Positions 39,574 through 50,943 of a stretch of DNA of 64,000 nt are shown one piece after another; within the stretch, counting starts at the first letter, position 1; each line of letters opens with the position of its first letter. The notes under the pieces were generated by a model. That model saw only the letters and a list, made by a program, of their open reading frames with translations. It had not been told where the DNA came from and did no database searches. Made by a program: the position numbers and the translations under genes. Source of the DNA: the human T2T-CHM13v2.0 reference genome, Homo sapiens; assembly GCF_009914755.1 (NCBI RefSeq), contig NC_060933.1; one strand, written 5' to 3'.

Positions 39574-40799
39574 GGACAGAATTTTTTTTTTTTTAATGGT
39601 ATTGTTTCATATAAACCTATGTAGTTCCCAAAGAGGTCTTCAAAGTGTTTTAGGTCCCTGGGAAGTTTTTGATCTTTTGAATTTCTCATTTTCTTTTTAC
39701 ATAATTATGTCTCCAAAATGGCTCCTCTTTTGGCAATAAACTTTGATCAGTGGAAGACTAGTGACACCTGGATTCTAGGTCTAAGTTTCCACTTTTAATT
39801 TAAATATTTGTCTATTTAACACCCTGGAACTTTCCAATGAAATTCCATCCTAGAGTATAAGAAAAGTCTTTATTAATCTAGATGTGTAGGGCAGTATAGA
39901 TATTCACCTTTAAATTAATTGATCGATTATCCTCACTGAATTGCCACCCCAGACCCACAGAAGGGATTATCGGAGCTGGCAATGTCTTGAAATGGCAATG
40001 TCCACATGGAAGTGGCATTAATACAGCAGCCTTTGTGCTTTGTCATTGCAACCCAGGCCAATGTAAGTCACTCACTGTGAGGCAGGAAAAAAACCCTAAG
40101 TTATTATAAAGGGGCAAAAGCTACTTTTATATACTTTTCAGAAGTCTCTTGCCTTGGAGCTGAGATAATGGGAAATTTTAAAAAGGAAAATAGGAGAATG
40201 ACATAGACAAGTGACTTTTTGCCTTGGCAGACATGGCTTTCCTACCCTCCTTTTATCTCAATGCCCCTCCTTCCCATTCCCCAGGGGGTGGAGGGGAGGA
40301 AAGAGATGGGAATGCTGAGAACAGAAACCAGAGTAAACATTAGGATTTTAGGGTCAGGAAAGAGCTCAAAGATGTTAAGACCATGTGGCCAGAGCTGGCC
40401 ACATGATCAGAGCCAGGCACATGCCTATGTGGACAGAGAAGCCAAGAGAGACCAGAGGGCAGCACTTTCAGGGAGTCAATAAGGGTAGAGCCTTTTCAAG
40501 GATATAAGTGGAGAGAGCAAAGGACTCCTTGAGAAGCAGGTCCCAAAAGCAGGGCTAGAGAGTTGGACAGGTTAACATATCCCGGGGGTCACTGTGGCAT
40601 GAAAAACAGAAGCTGAGGGAAACTCAGAGGGCAGAGGGACCACAAAAGCCTGAAACCCAGAAGGCTGGCCTCCTCCTGCCCACCATCCATTGCCAGGCCC
40701 TATTCATCCTCCCGGCCTCCTCAAATCTGCCCTTTTCTCTCCATCTCCATAGAGCTGAGACCACGGGCTATACTACCAGACTGTCGGTAGGTAAGACCC

Positions 40800-40965
40800 T
40801 GCCCTGCCTCCTACTTGCTTTGCAACCCTAGGTCAAATACCTAACTTCTCTGTGCCTCAGTTTCTTCATCTGAAAGATGGGAATGATACTACCATATCCA
40901 GTTTAGGAACTGTTTGGGGTGCCAAATGAATTGACACCTGTGAAGCATTCACAGGGTACTTAATA
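40800..40965 (+). mobile_element. MIR
   Basis: 'aacttctctgtgcctcagtttcttcatctgaaagatggg'. Confidence 0.75.
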
Positions 40966-40979
40966 TTAGTTTCTTAGCT

Positions 40980-41485
40980 ATGTTAGTTTCCTAGGGATGC
41001 TGTAAGACATGACCACTCACTGGGTGGCTTAAAACAAGAGAAATTCACTCTCTCATAGTTCTGGGAGTGGGAAGTCTGAAATCAAGGTGTCAGCAGGGTT
41101 GGTTCCTTCTGGAGGCTCTAAGGAAGAATCTGTCCTTGCTTCTCTCCTAGCTTCTGGCAGCTGCTGGAATTTCAGAGATGCATAGGCCCTCAATGTGGGG
41201 TGGGAGGGAAGTAGGTGGAGGTCCTTGGCTCATGGACACATTGCTCCAATCTCTGCCTCTGTCTCCATGTGGCCTTCCCCTCTGGGTGTGTGTGTGTGTC
41301 TTAAATCTCTTTCTCTTATGAAGCCATTGGTTATTGGGTTTAGGTCCCACCTTAAATTCAGGATGATTTATCTCAATATCCTTAACTAAATTACTTCTGC
41401 AAAGACTCTAAGTGAAGTCACATTCACAAGTACAAGGGGTAGGACTTGGACAGATCTTTTGGACAGCCACTATTCACCCAGGTAC
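40980..41485 (-). mobile_element. MLT1C/D-type solo LTR
   Basis: 'tagtttcctagggatgctgtaa...tgggtggcttaaaacaagagaaatt...aagtctgaaatcaaggtgtcagcagggttggttccttctggaggctc'. Confidence 0.85.
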
Positions 41486-41489
41486 AGTC

Positions 41490-42125
41490 ATCATAGTTAT
41501 TACTTTCAATTCAGGCTCCTATTGTCTCTTGACTATACTCTTATAATAGTCTCCTTGCCTGCAGTCTTCACACAGCAACCCATTCTCAGTAAAGTATCCC
41601 CAGTGAGCTTTCCAAAACATCTTCCTCTTTTACACCCTCAAGTGGCTCCCTGTCACCTGCAGGGGAACATCTGACATGCTGAACTAGACCCAACCTGGAG
41701 CTTATCTCATCTCCCCAGGGCCATCTCCCACCCCCCTCCATCTTGTACATCCTTCTCCAAAACAGGGTGTCTCCCAGAACTCTAAACACACTGCGCTCTT
41801 TTACACCTCCTGGCCTTTGCACAGCTTGTTCTCTCTGCCTATATACTACCTCCCCACTAGCCCCCATTGAGAGCCTATGCATCCTTGAAATTCAGTTCTT
41901 ATTTCACCTCCTCTGAGATGCCTTCCTGGACCCTTCTCTGGCAGTTCCCCTAGATCCCAAGAACTGCCTCCTTATCCTTACTGATTCTTGAGCTCACCCC
42001 TGTCATCAAACTGTATCAACTGATTCCCAAAGATCTATTAATGTTTCTGTTGCCCCTTGAGAGTTGCACCTTATTCAACTCTGCCTCACCGATGCCAGTG
42101 CAGTAGTGGAAGGTGTTGAATGATG
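41490..42125 (+). mobile_element. L2 3' fragment
   Basis: 'ggcctttgcacagcttgttctctctgcct...cacctcctctgagatgccttcctg', ending in a TGAA tail. Confidence 0.6.
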
Positions 42126-42236
42126 AATGACTGGTGGATGGATGGATGAATGGATGGATGGACGGATGGATGGATGGGATGGGATGGATGGATAGATGGA
42201 TGCATGGGTAGATGAATGAACGGATAAAGGGATGAA
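42118..42236. repeat. (TGGA)n/(TGAA)n simple repeat grown from the L2 tail
   Basis: Direct reading. Confidence 0.9.
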
Positions 42237-42529
42237 TATTTTTTAAAAAAAGAAAAGAAAACTCTGAGTCAGGAATCATTTGGAACTACAAGGTGAAACC
42301 TGGACTAAAGCTAGGACCATCTGTGATGAGAAGACCTGAGCAGTTATTAGTGAGGAAGGAATGTGGATACTCAGGATTCATATCTTTGTCATATAAATAA
42401 TGAACAGCCATGTATCTGAACTGCCCCATAGATGATGCCAAAAGTAACTGCTGAGCAAACTCATTATAGCTCTGATTCTTTTTAATGTCTAAAGCCTTAA
42501 AATAAAGAAACCCCTTTGGGAGTGGATAA

Positions 42530-43260
42530 AACGTGGTTCTCACATCTTACACTTTAGTATGAATTAGATTTACCTGGTCCATAAGTTTAAAATGTGGACA
42601 CCTAAGCTCCACCCCCAGAGATTCTGATGAAGTCAGTCTGAGGCAGGCTCAGTGATTTGTGAAGAGGTTAAAATTGCAAATTCTGGCTCTGCCACATCTG
42701 TGCTATATGACCTTAGGCAGTTCCTTAATTTTTCATCTCTTAAGTGGAGACAATGCTAGTACTTCTTCACAGAATTGTGATGAGTTAAATACTAGTAAGA
42801 AGAGTTCAGCACATGTAAGTGCTCAGTAATGTTACCTGCAGTCATTGCCGTCTTCATCACCATCATCATGATCACCATCATCATGATCATGATCATCATG
42901 ATCATCATCATCATCATCATCATCATCAATGACATCTGTGGTTTTTAATAGTGGCTGCATAGTAAAATCACCTGAGAAATTTACAAATAGATCCTGATAT
43001 AGTTAGTCTGGAGTGGGCATTGGGTAAGGGTATAATTTTAGAGCAACCCGCCTTTAAAAGTCTGATGTGCAGTCACAGTTGAGACCCAGCCTTGATCTGT
43101 GCTTCTCAAACTTGAATTGTGCACAGATCACTAGGGCAGTTTGTAAAAAATGCAGATTCTGATTCAGAAGGTCTCAGGGTGTTGATAATCTGCATTTCAA
43201 ACAAGCTCCAGGTAATGCTGCTGCTGCTGTCACAGACCACAGTATGAGGCATCAGGTTTT
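42530..43260. mobile_element. Cluster of MER5-type fragments plus a MIR (42680-42835)
   Basis: 'gtggttctcac..', 'ccacccccagagattctgat', 'gtgcttctcaaacttgaa...gcagattctgattcag...tctgcatttcaaacaagctcc'. Confidence 0.7.
42855..42927. repeat. (CAT)n with an (ATCATG) self-complementary core
   Basis: catcaccatcatcatgatcaccatcatcatgatcatgatcatcatgatcatcatcat... Confidence 0.9.
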
Positions 43261-44769
43261 AGGGGATGAGTAAAACCTCCTGAGCCTGAGATGCAATGCA
43301 CAACATGGTCGGGGACTTGGTATCAACCCAGTGACCAATTGTGATGGAGGCCACATGGTTCCTGGTTATACCCAGGCCTGTCATATGCAGAGTGTCACAT
43401 GCCTGCCTTCTGGAATTCCCCCAGCTCCTCACTAATGTCCCAGGGAGGAGAGGCAGGCAGGCTGTCTTGGGCTTCTCTGATAAGATATGTCAAGTGTACA
43501 TGCATTACCTTCCCTACTGTCTGGGGAGTCCTTTCGGAAAGCACTTAAGGACATGCTATGCACTGAGCACTTAGCTCTTTATATTGTGGAGCTCAGGGTC
43601 AACGTTTTGCCCATAAAAGGGCCACTTGTGTAGGTCAAACTGCCGAGTCAATGACCCTGCCCAGTGGGAATAGTATTGTCACCCCTGTTTTTGGCACAAA
43701 TGATTTGAGTGTTTTCCAAACATCATTAAATGCCAAGGTCCCTGACCCTAAATGTGGTTCAGGTGTAGGGACTCAGAGGCCCACAGCTAGACTGGGCAAG
43801 GGAGGGGTAGAAGATTAAAATGGGAATGACTGACAGGCATAGGCTATTAATTCTCAAAGGTTGGCTCTGCATCTTCTTGCAGACTCATTGCGATTTCCTC
43901 AAAGCAAGGCCTTCACTGCCTGGTTGTGCATCATAGAGTTCACAGCATTGTGAAATCACCCTTAAGGCAAAGCTGACAGCATCTTTATTTATTGTGCATG
44001 GATTTCATGTTAGCCTCATCATCCTTTTGCTGCATGTTGATAAGGCAGAAATAGTGAGTCATTTAAATAGCGGATTACAAAGACTCTGATGTAGTAAATC
44101 TACCCTCTAGGTTTTCATTTCATAAAGAATCTGTGCATTATTTATCATCCTCATCAGCAGAATAATAAAAGCCAACACAGACCTTCTCATGAACCCCATA
44201 ATGTAGATATTATTGTCCTCAGTTTACCCAGGATAAAATTGAGGCACAGAGAGGTTAAGTACCTTGCCCAGGGCTCCCCCATGCCAATAAATATGGAGCT
44301 GACGTTGGAACCCAGAGCCTTGCAGTGCCAGTGCTGTTAGCCACTGTCCCCGACTCCATTTGTGAGAATGCTGCTGACTGGCATTTATGAGAGTGCTTAG
44401 TACCTGCCAGGCACTGTGCCTGGGGATTTACATGGATTATCTACTTTTACCCTCAAAACACCGATATGAGTTAGGCACTATTAATTTCATTTTCTGATTG
44501 AGAGAGCTGATGTGAGAGAAATGCAGTGATTTTCTCAAGTTTAAACTCACCTTGTAAGCTTCAAAGCTGTGATTGGAACCCTAGGGGTCCATGTTCCCCT
44601 TGCTCATGTGTTCTGGCCCCTCCTCAGCTGACTTTGGATTTTTGTCCCCTCCTACTGCTCCCTCCAACCCCAGAGTGAAGGTCTCCTGGCTTTGTCCAAA
44701 CATTAGTTCCATCAGGGCCGCCCCACCGGCCTGTGCCCACCCTAATACCACTTCCTTGGAGTCCCTTTT

Positions 44770-44862
44770 GCCATTGGAGATGATGCATTCACAGGTTCCA
44801 GGGATTAGGGCGTGGGCATCTTTGGGGGCTGTTGCCCCATCTACCCCTACCACACCATTTTG
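44770..44862 (-). mobile_element. MLT1 LTR terminal fragment
   Basis: 'cattcacaggttccagggattagggcgtgggcatctttggggg...ctaccaca'. Confidence 0.65.
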
Positions 44863-45319
44863 CAGGTCTCTCACATGAATCCTGCAGGATCTTGCTGGTT
44901 TCCCTGCTTACATCTTCTTCCCTGCCTCATCCCTGGCAGCTGGAGTGACCTTTTAAAATGTAAATACATTACTTTGCAGTTTGCTTAACCCCTCCCAAGG
45001 CCGAGATCTGGTGGGGCCACCCTCTGGTCTCCTCTCCCTGAACCCCTCCCCTCGCTCCCTCTGCCCTGACATGACTCCATCGCTGGCTTCATTCGGGGCT
45101 GTCTGATTGTCACTTCCTCCTCCCATACCTAAACCATCACCCCCATGCCACTCTCTCCCCTTAGTGTTGGCTTGCTTCAGAGCATTCCTAAGTTACAGTG
45201 TGCACTTCTCTACTCTTAATGTCTCTCTCCCTTCCCTGGATTCTAGGTGGAAAAAAGGCAGCTGATCTCTAGCACATGGGACAATGCCTGGTTCAAAGCG
45301 TGGGCTAATACATTTAGCA

Positions 45320-45704
45320 GGATGGAAGGAGGGAAGGTGGGATGGAAGAAAAAGAGGGAGAGAGGGAGAAAAGAAGGAAGGAGAAAGGAAGGAAGGAAGG
45401 AAGGAGGGAAGGTGGGATGGAAGGAAAAGAGGGAGAGAGGGAGAAAAGGAAGGAGAAAGGAAGGAAGGAAGGAGGGAGCAAAGGCAGGTAGGTAGGAAGA
45501 AAGGAAGGAAGGAAAGAAAAAGAGTGAAGGAAGGAGGAAGGGAGGGAAGACAGGCAGGAAGAAAGGTAAGAAGAAAGGAAGGAAAGAAAGAAAGAAATGG
45601 AAGGAAAGAAGGAAGGAGGAAGGAAAGTAGGAGGGCAGGAGGGAGTAAAGCAGGCAGGCAGGGAGAAAAAAGGAAGGAAGGAAAGAAGGAAGGAAGGATG
45701 GGGG
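45320..45704. repeat. GA-rich (GGAA)n-type low-complexity tract with an internal ~75-bp duplication
   Basis: Nearly all purine. The unit starting ggaaggagggaaggtgggatggaag occurs at 45324 and 45399. Confidence 0.92.
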
Positions 45705-45817
45705 AGTCAGCTCAGTTGATTGTCCTTTTAATGTTTGTTATCTGAGGCCTTATTCCTTAGGATGACAGTCCAAGTACTTAAAAAAAAAGTATCCCTTTTG
45801 CCTCTTTCAAATGCATA

Positions 45818-46015
45818 TTTTTTATTCTTAATTTTTTTATTGATACATAATGTTTGTACATATGTATGGGATTTATGTGATATTTTGTTACATGCATAAA
45901 ATATGTAATGATTAAGTTAGGGTATGTGAGGTATCCAGCACCTCAAGCTTTTATGATTTTTATGTGTTGGGAACATTTCAAGTTCTCTCTTTTAGCTATT
46001 TTGAAATATGCAATT
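45818..46015 (-). mobile_element. L1MA 3' end
   Basis: 'tttttattgatacataatgtttgtacatatgtatggg...gggaacatttcaagttctctc'. Confidence 0.85.
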
Positions 46016-46104
46016 TTTTAAATAATACTGCTAAATGTTCCTGATACTTAAGTAGTTCCACACAGTCACATACTACAAACAGTAAGCTCATCACCTGATA
46101 TTAT

Positions 46105-46285
46105 TACATCTGCCACTTAGAAGCTGTGTGACTGGAAGCACTCTGTGCCTCAGTTACCTCATCTGTAAAATTCGGATAATAATAGTGCTACTCTCATAGG
46201 CTGATATGAGGTTTACATTAGTTAATATATGTAAAGCACTTTGAATGAATTCAGTAATACAGTCAGCACCATGTAAGTGTGTATT
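46105..46285 (+). mobile_element. MIR
   Basis: 'ctctgtgcctcagttacctcatctgtaaaattcggataataatag'. Confidence 0.8.
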
Positions 46286-46298
46286 AAATTTAAAAATA

Positions 46299-46442
46299 GA
46301 CCAGGCAAGGTGGCTCATGCCTATAATCCTAGCACTTCAGGAGGCCAAGGTGGGAGGATTGCTTGCACCTAAGAGTTTGAGACCAGCCTGGGCAACATAG
46401 TGAGACCCTATCTCTATTTATAATAAATAAATATAAAAACAA
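46299..46442 (+). mobile_element. FLAM (free left Alu monomer)
   Basis: Single left monomer followed by an A-rich tail. Confidence 0.85.
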
Positions 46443-46518
46443 CTTAAGTTCAAGACTATCCTCTCCAGTCTTCTATTCATACTTTTATTTAATTTAAAAA
46501 GACTGTTGGAAACTTTCA

Positions 46519-46635
46519 AGTTTTTACTTGCATTAGTTTGTTTCTGCCTTATCAGAACCCATAAAAATAGTAGTTTTTACTGACATTAGTTTGTTTCTGC
46601 CTTATAAGAACCCATAAAAATACTAGTTTTTTACT
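46519..46635. repeat. 53-bp tandem duplication
   Basis: cattagtttgtttctgccttat(c/a)agaacccataaaaata(g/c)tagttttt at 46531 and 46584. Confidence 0.9.
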
Positions 46636-48218
46636 CCTACGAAAGTGAAATGGCAAAAGTGTACCTATGCACATTATTTTTCCCACCAATGGTCATATTC
46701 TTAGCAAATAAACGTTTTCTCTGTGGGCTGGGGGTGTTACAATGTTTTTAAATAGTGGGATTATCAAGTTTAGGGTTTTATTGGCTCAGAGGGCAAGTGT
46801 GAAATCTTGAGTCTGTCTGGTGCTGGGGTTTGAAACCTGATGCCCATGTGTCACTTGCTTTATTAAGTCACCACCTTGGAAGGGCTGCTTCCTCCTTATT
46901 AATGAAAAGCCTGCTCCATTTGTTTTGGCTTGCACCAACCTAACAGTGTCTTTAAATCAGCGACAGACTGTTTTCCTTGGAAGCCACAGAGTCCAATAGT
47001 TTTGGACTAAGCTCAGATTCTGGCTAGAACTTCCAAACTGGAAGTAAAATGACTTCACCCAACAGTGGTTGGGGGGAAAAGCCAGGCAGGCTTTTGGAAA
47101 GTGGATTTTTAATATTGGAGGATATTTGTGAAGGTGCCTGATGAGATGGACCTAACAGTGTTTGAGGGTGATGTGGACAAACCGTTTTATTATTCTGTTT
47201 CAACATAGTGCTATGTTTTATTTAAATGAATTTGCAACTTGGGGTCCTGAAATCTATTTTTGTTTTTGTTTCCACCTAGAATAGAAAGCACTTTCAAGCT
47301 TATCCTGGGAGGCAAGAATAGATTGAAAGGATAACTACTGTATGTAGATGCAAAGGAGGTACCTTCTCGGGGAGATCGGGTGAAGGCTGTTCTCCCTAGA
47401 AGAACTAAAGGCTGGGTAGACATGGAGTCAGAGGAAGCTTTGGTTGGGAGAAAGACAGTGGCAGTAACCCAAGCCCAGAGAGGGGATTCCTTGGCATTTG
47501 TGCCTTTTCTGTGCCATCAACAGTGAAAAGAACTAGAGAAGGGCAGCTCTCAGAGCTCAGACAGCCAATGGTTGGCTAGGTCAGAGGAGCTCTTGGGCTG
47601 GGTCGGAGTTGGCCAGACTTCTTGTGCTCTTCCATTCATACCCAAAAGGAGCTTCTGGGTCTTGAAGATAAACCACTTTCTCTTGTTCCTCTCAGTTGCT
47701 CTGATATTCTAAGACCCAGAGCAGATTTTTTTTTTTGACCAGGAGTCCATGAGTCTTCTAAGAATGTCCTTGGAAGAATTCAAGGAATTCCTGATACCCC
47801 AGAAACTATACATAAAATGCTGTATGCATGTGCACTGCTCTGAGAAGGAGTCTATAGTTCTTACCAGATTCTTGAAAGGATTCTGTGAACTCTTCTCCCC
47901 TAAAGCTTAGAATCACTGTTCTGGATGGTACCAAAAACCACACAGTAGAACACTTTATACTTTTGTCTCCCACCTCTGATAATAAATGCAGAATTTGGCA
48001 TAGTCAAAATGTTACAAAAGGTTTGTACAGCATCAAAAGACCTTGGATTGCAAATTTTACAGGTAAGAGGCAATGACCAGGTTAGCAACCAGTCAAGAAC
48101 ATTCATGAGCAAATGCTGGTCTAGTCTGAAGGGCCATCTTGGGTACACTTGGGCACTACTGGTGCTGGGCTGAACATGCCACTCAGGAGTTTTTACTGGA
48201 ACACAGGCATGTAGAAAC

Positions 48219-48269
48219 ACATCTAGAAGGATATAGGTGTCAACATCCAGAAGGATACAGGTGTCAACA
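48219..48269. repeat. 24-bp tandem duplication
   Basis: acatc(t/c)agaaggata(t/c)aggtgtca, twice. Confidence 0.85.
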
Positions 48270-50297
48270 GATAAGATTATGCTCATAATTAGAAAATAGA
48301 ATTCATTGAGCATCTGCAATATGCCAGGAGCTTTGTATACATTATCTCATTTGTTTGTCACAATAATCTTATGAAATGAATACTATTGTCTTTCCCATTT
48401 TACAGACAGCATAGCTTAAACTCAGAGAAGTCAAGTACAATTCTCAAGGTCATTAAGTGGTAAGAACTGGAAGATAAGGTCAGGTTTGTCCAATCTATGC
48501 TTCCTCCCAACTTAAGTAGCTTCATCACATGCAAACAATGATCATGGTGGCTTATGGGACACCAATTAATCTGACAAGAGCTCCTTCGAGGCTGTGACTT
48601 TATAATTTTTAGAATTAACTGAAAGAGTGGCAAGTTGAGCATTCAATTTGCAAGTCATGCTATGTTTGGAATTAGGAGGGATAACCCCTTTTCCTTCCCA
48701 AAGGGACTGACAAGCATACCAAGAGGGGGTGGGATTTCTGGAACTCTGTGAAGTTAACAAGAAGGGACTTGGAAAGTTAGAAGAAGGAGGGGGAGCTGCA
48801 TTCCAAGCATAGCTCATGGTATGAGAAAGCACCAAATTTGGAATGGGACGAACAGATGAAGAAGGTGTCAAGTTCTCTGGGGAGGAGTGGAGGGTACTAG
48901 ACACCAAATACAGGGTAAAACTCTGGCAAGATGCTGTGGTGACTTATCTGAGCCTAAAACAAAGGAGAACCATCCCAGAATCCTAGAAATCTCCCTTCCC
49001 CCAAATCAGTGAAGGGAAGTTTCATAATGATGGACAGAGTCCCAGATGGAAATTGACTACCTGTTCTACAGAAAGGTCTTCAATTCTAACAGAGAACTCT
49101 CTGATCGCAGGAAAAGCTATCTCAATTTCAATGACTTGTCCACTGACAGAAAATAGTGTAAGAAGGGCTCACTCTGGGGGAGTGAGAAGTAAGGCATTAG
49201 AGGAGGAAAGATGATAACTGAGTGGGAAGAAAGAAAATCATGAAGGACCAACAGGAGGCACCTGGGTCGCAGCCCAGGGAGCATTAATGATCCTACCTCC
49301 AGTTTTAGGGGCACAATACTTAATCCGACCCAGAAGGTGGAATGCAACAACCTCCCTCTCCTCCCCTCCCACCCCAGAGGCATTACCGCAGCAGATAAAC
49401 AACTGGCATGACCCTCCAATAGAAAGCAAGATCACCTTTGCAGCAGAAGTGGCCCTGCCAGCTGCCCTTCTTCTTTCCGTGGGGACAGACACTGTTTTCC
49501 CTGGGGAGGCCAGAGAGCTGCTGAGTCTTCATTTCCTGAAGGGTTGGGCCAGATTTGGGAGCTCATGGGAGTTATAGAACTGCTTTTTCTAATTTACAAG
49601 TTCTAAAGTCTTGTTCCTGGTCACTTCCTTCTCAAAAGCGAAGGGTGCAGAGGCTCCTGTGGAAACACCTTCCCTTGTGAAGTCTGCACAGAGTCCTCAC
49701 AGAGCCTCTGGAGTGGCTACCTTCCATGTGCTGGCTACCACCGTCTTCTTCCAGGGAACTCCACAAGGCTCCTGGCTCCCAGTCAAGCAGCCGCCTTTGT
49801 GTCTGTTCTTTTTCCACCCCCACCTCCCCAAGTATGCCTTCTCTAGTGGGATAAATTTAGCTCTGAATGAATGCAGAAAGAAGAACACATTAAAGTAAAC
49901 ACAGACCAAACAGCATTCAAATATAGGTTTGGCACACACACACAACTGACAAAAGATCCAAGTTTTTCTGTTTCCTTCTCTTCTGCTTATCTCTGTTTCT
50001 CCCATCTCATCCTCTGACTGCTACACTCTTTTCTGCATGTATTTAAGCTAATTAGATATGTAGATCAGAATGTGGGGCTGTTGGTCTTCAGACCCCATGA
50101 AGGGGAAATCACTGGAGTGACTGAGAAACATCAAGGAGTGAATGAGAGCCCCAGGTGGTGCTGGCATTTTCATTTACTGGCTTGATCATCTTAGAAACCC
50201 TTCCAAAAACTTGAAAGCATATTTTATCTTATGTGTTAGCACAACCTTTTCTCCCGGTGCACTGAGTCTACAGTGGCTATAGAATGTTGCAAGGTCG

Positions 50298-50943
<646 letters not shown>

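Noticed and set aside
39027-39624. Two ORFs with real protein similarity
   Set aside because: They are L1 ORF2 C-terminal remnants of the inverted L1PA, not host genes.
42855-42927. Potential poly-His coding tract
   Set aside because: No ORF or exon context; it is a simple repeat.
45284-45745. 153-aa R/K/E/G-rich ORF, the longest in the track
   Set aside because: It is a translation of the GGAA low-complexity tract, which lacks stops because it has almost no T.
34265-46015. Similarity between 34270-34440 and 45820-46015
   Set aside because: Independent L1MA 3' ends with no shared flank.
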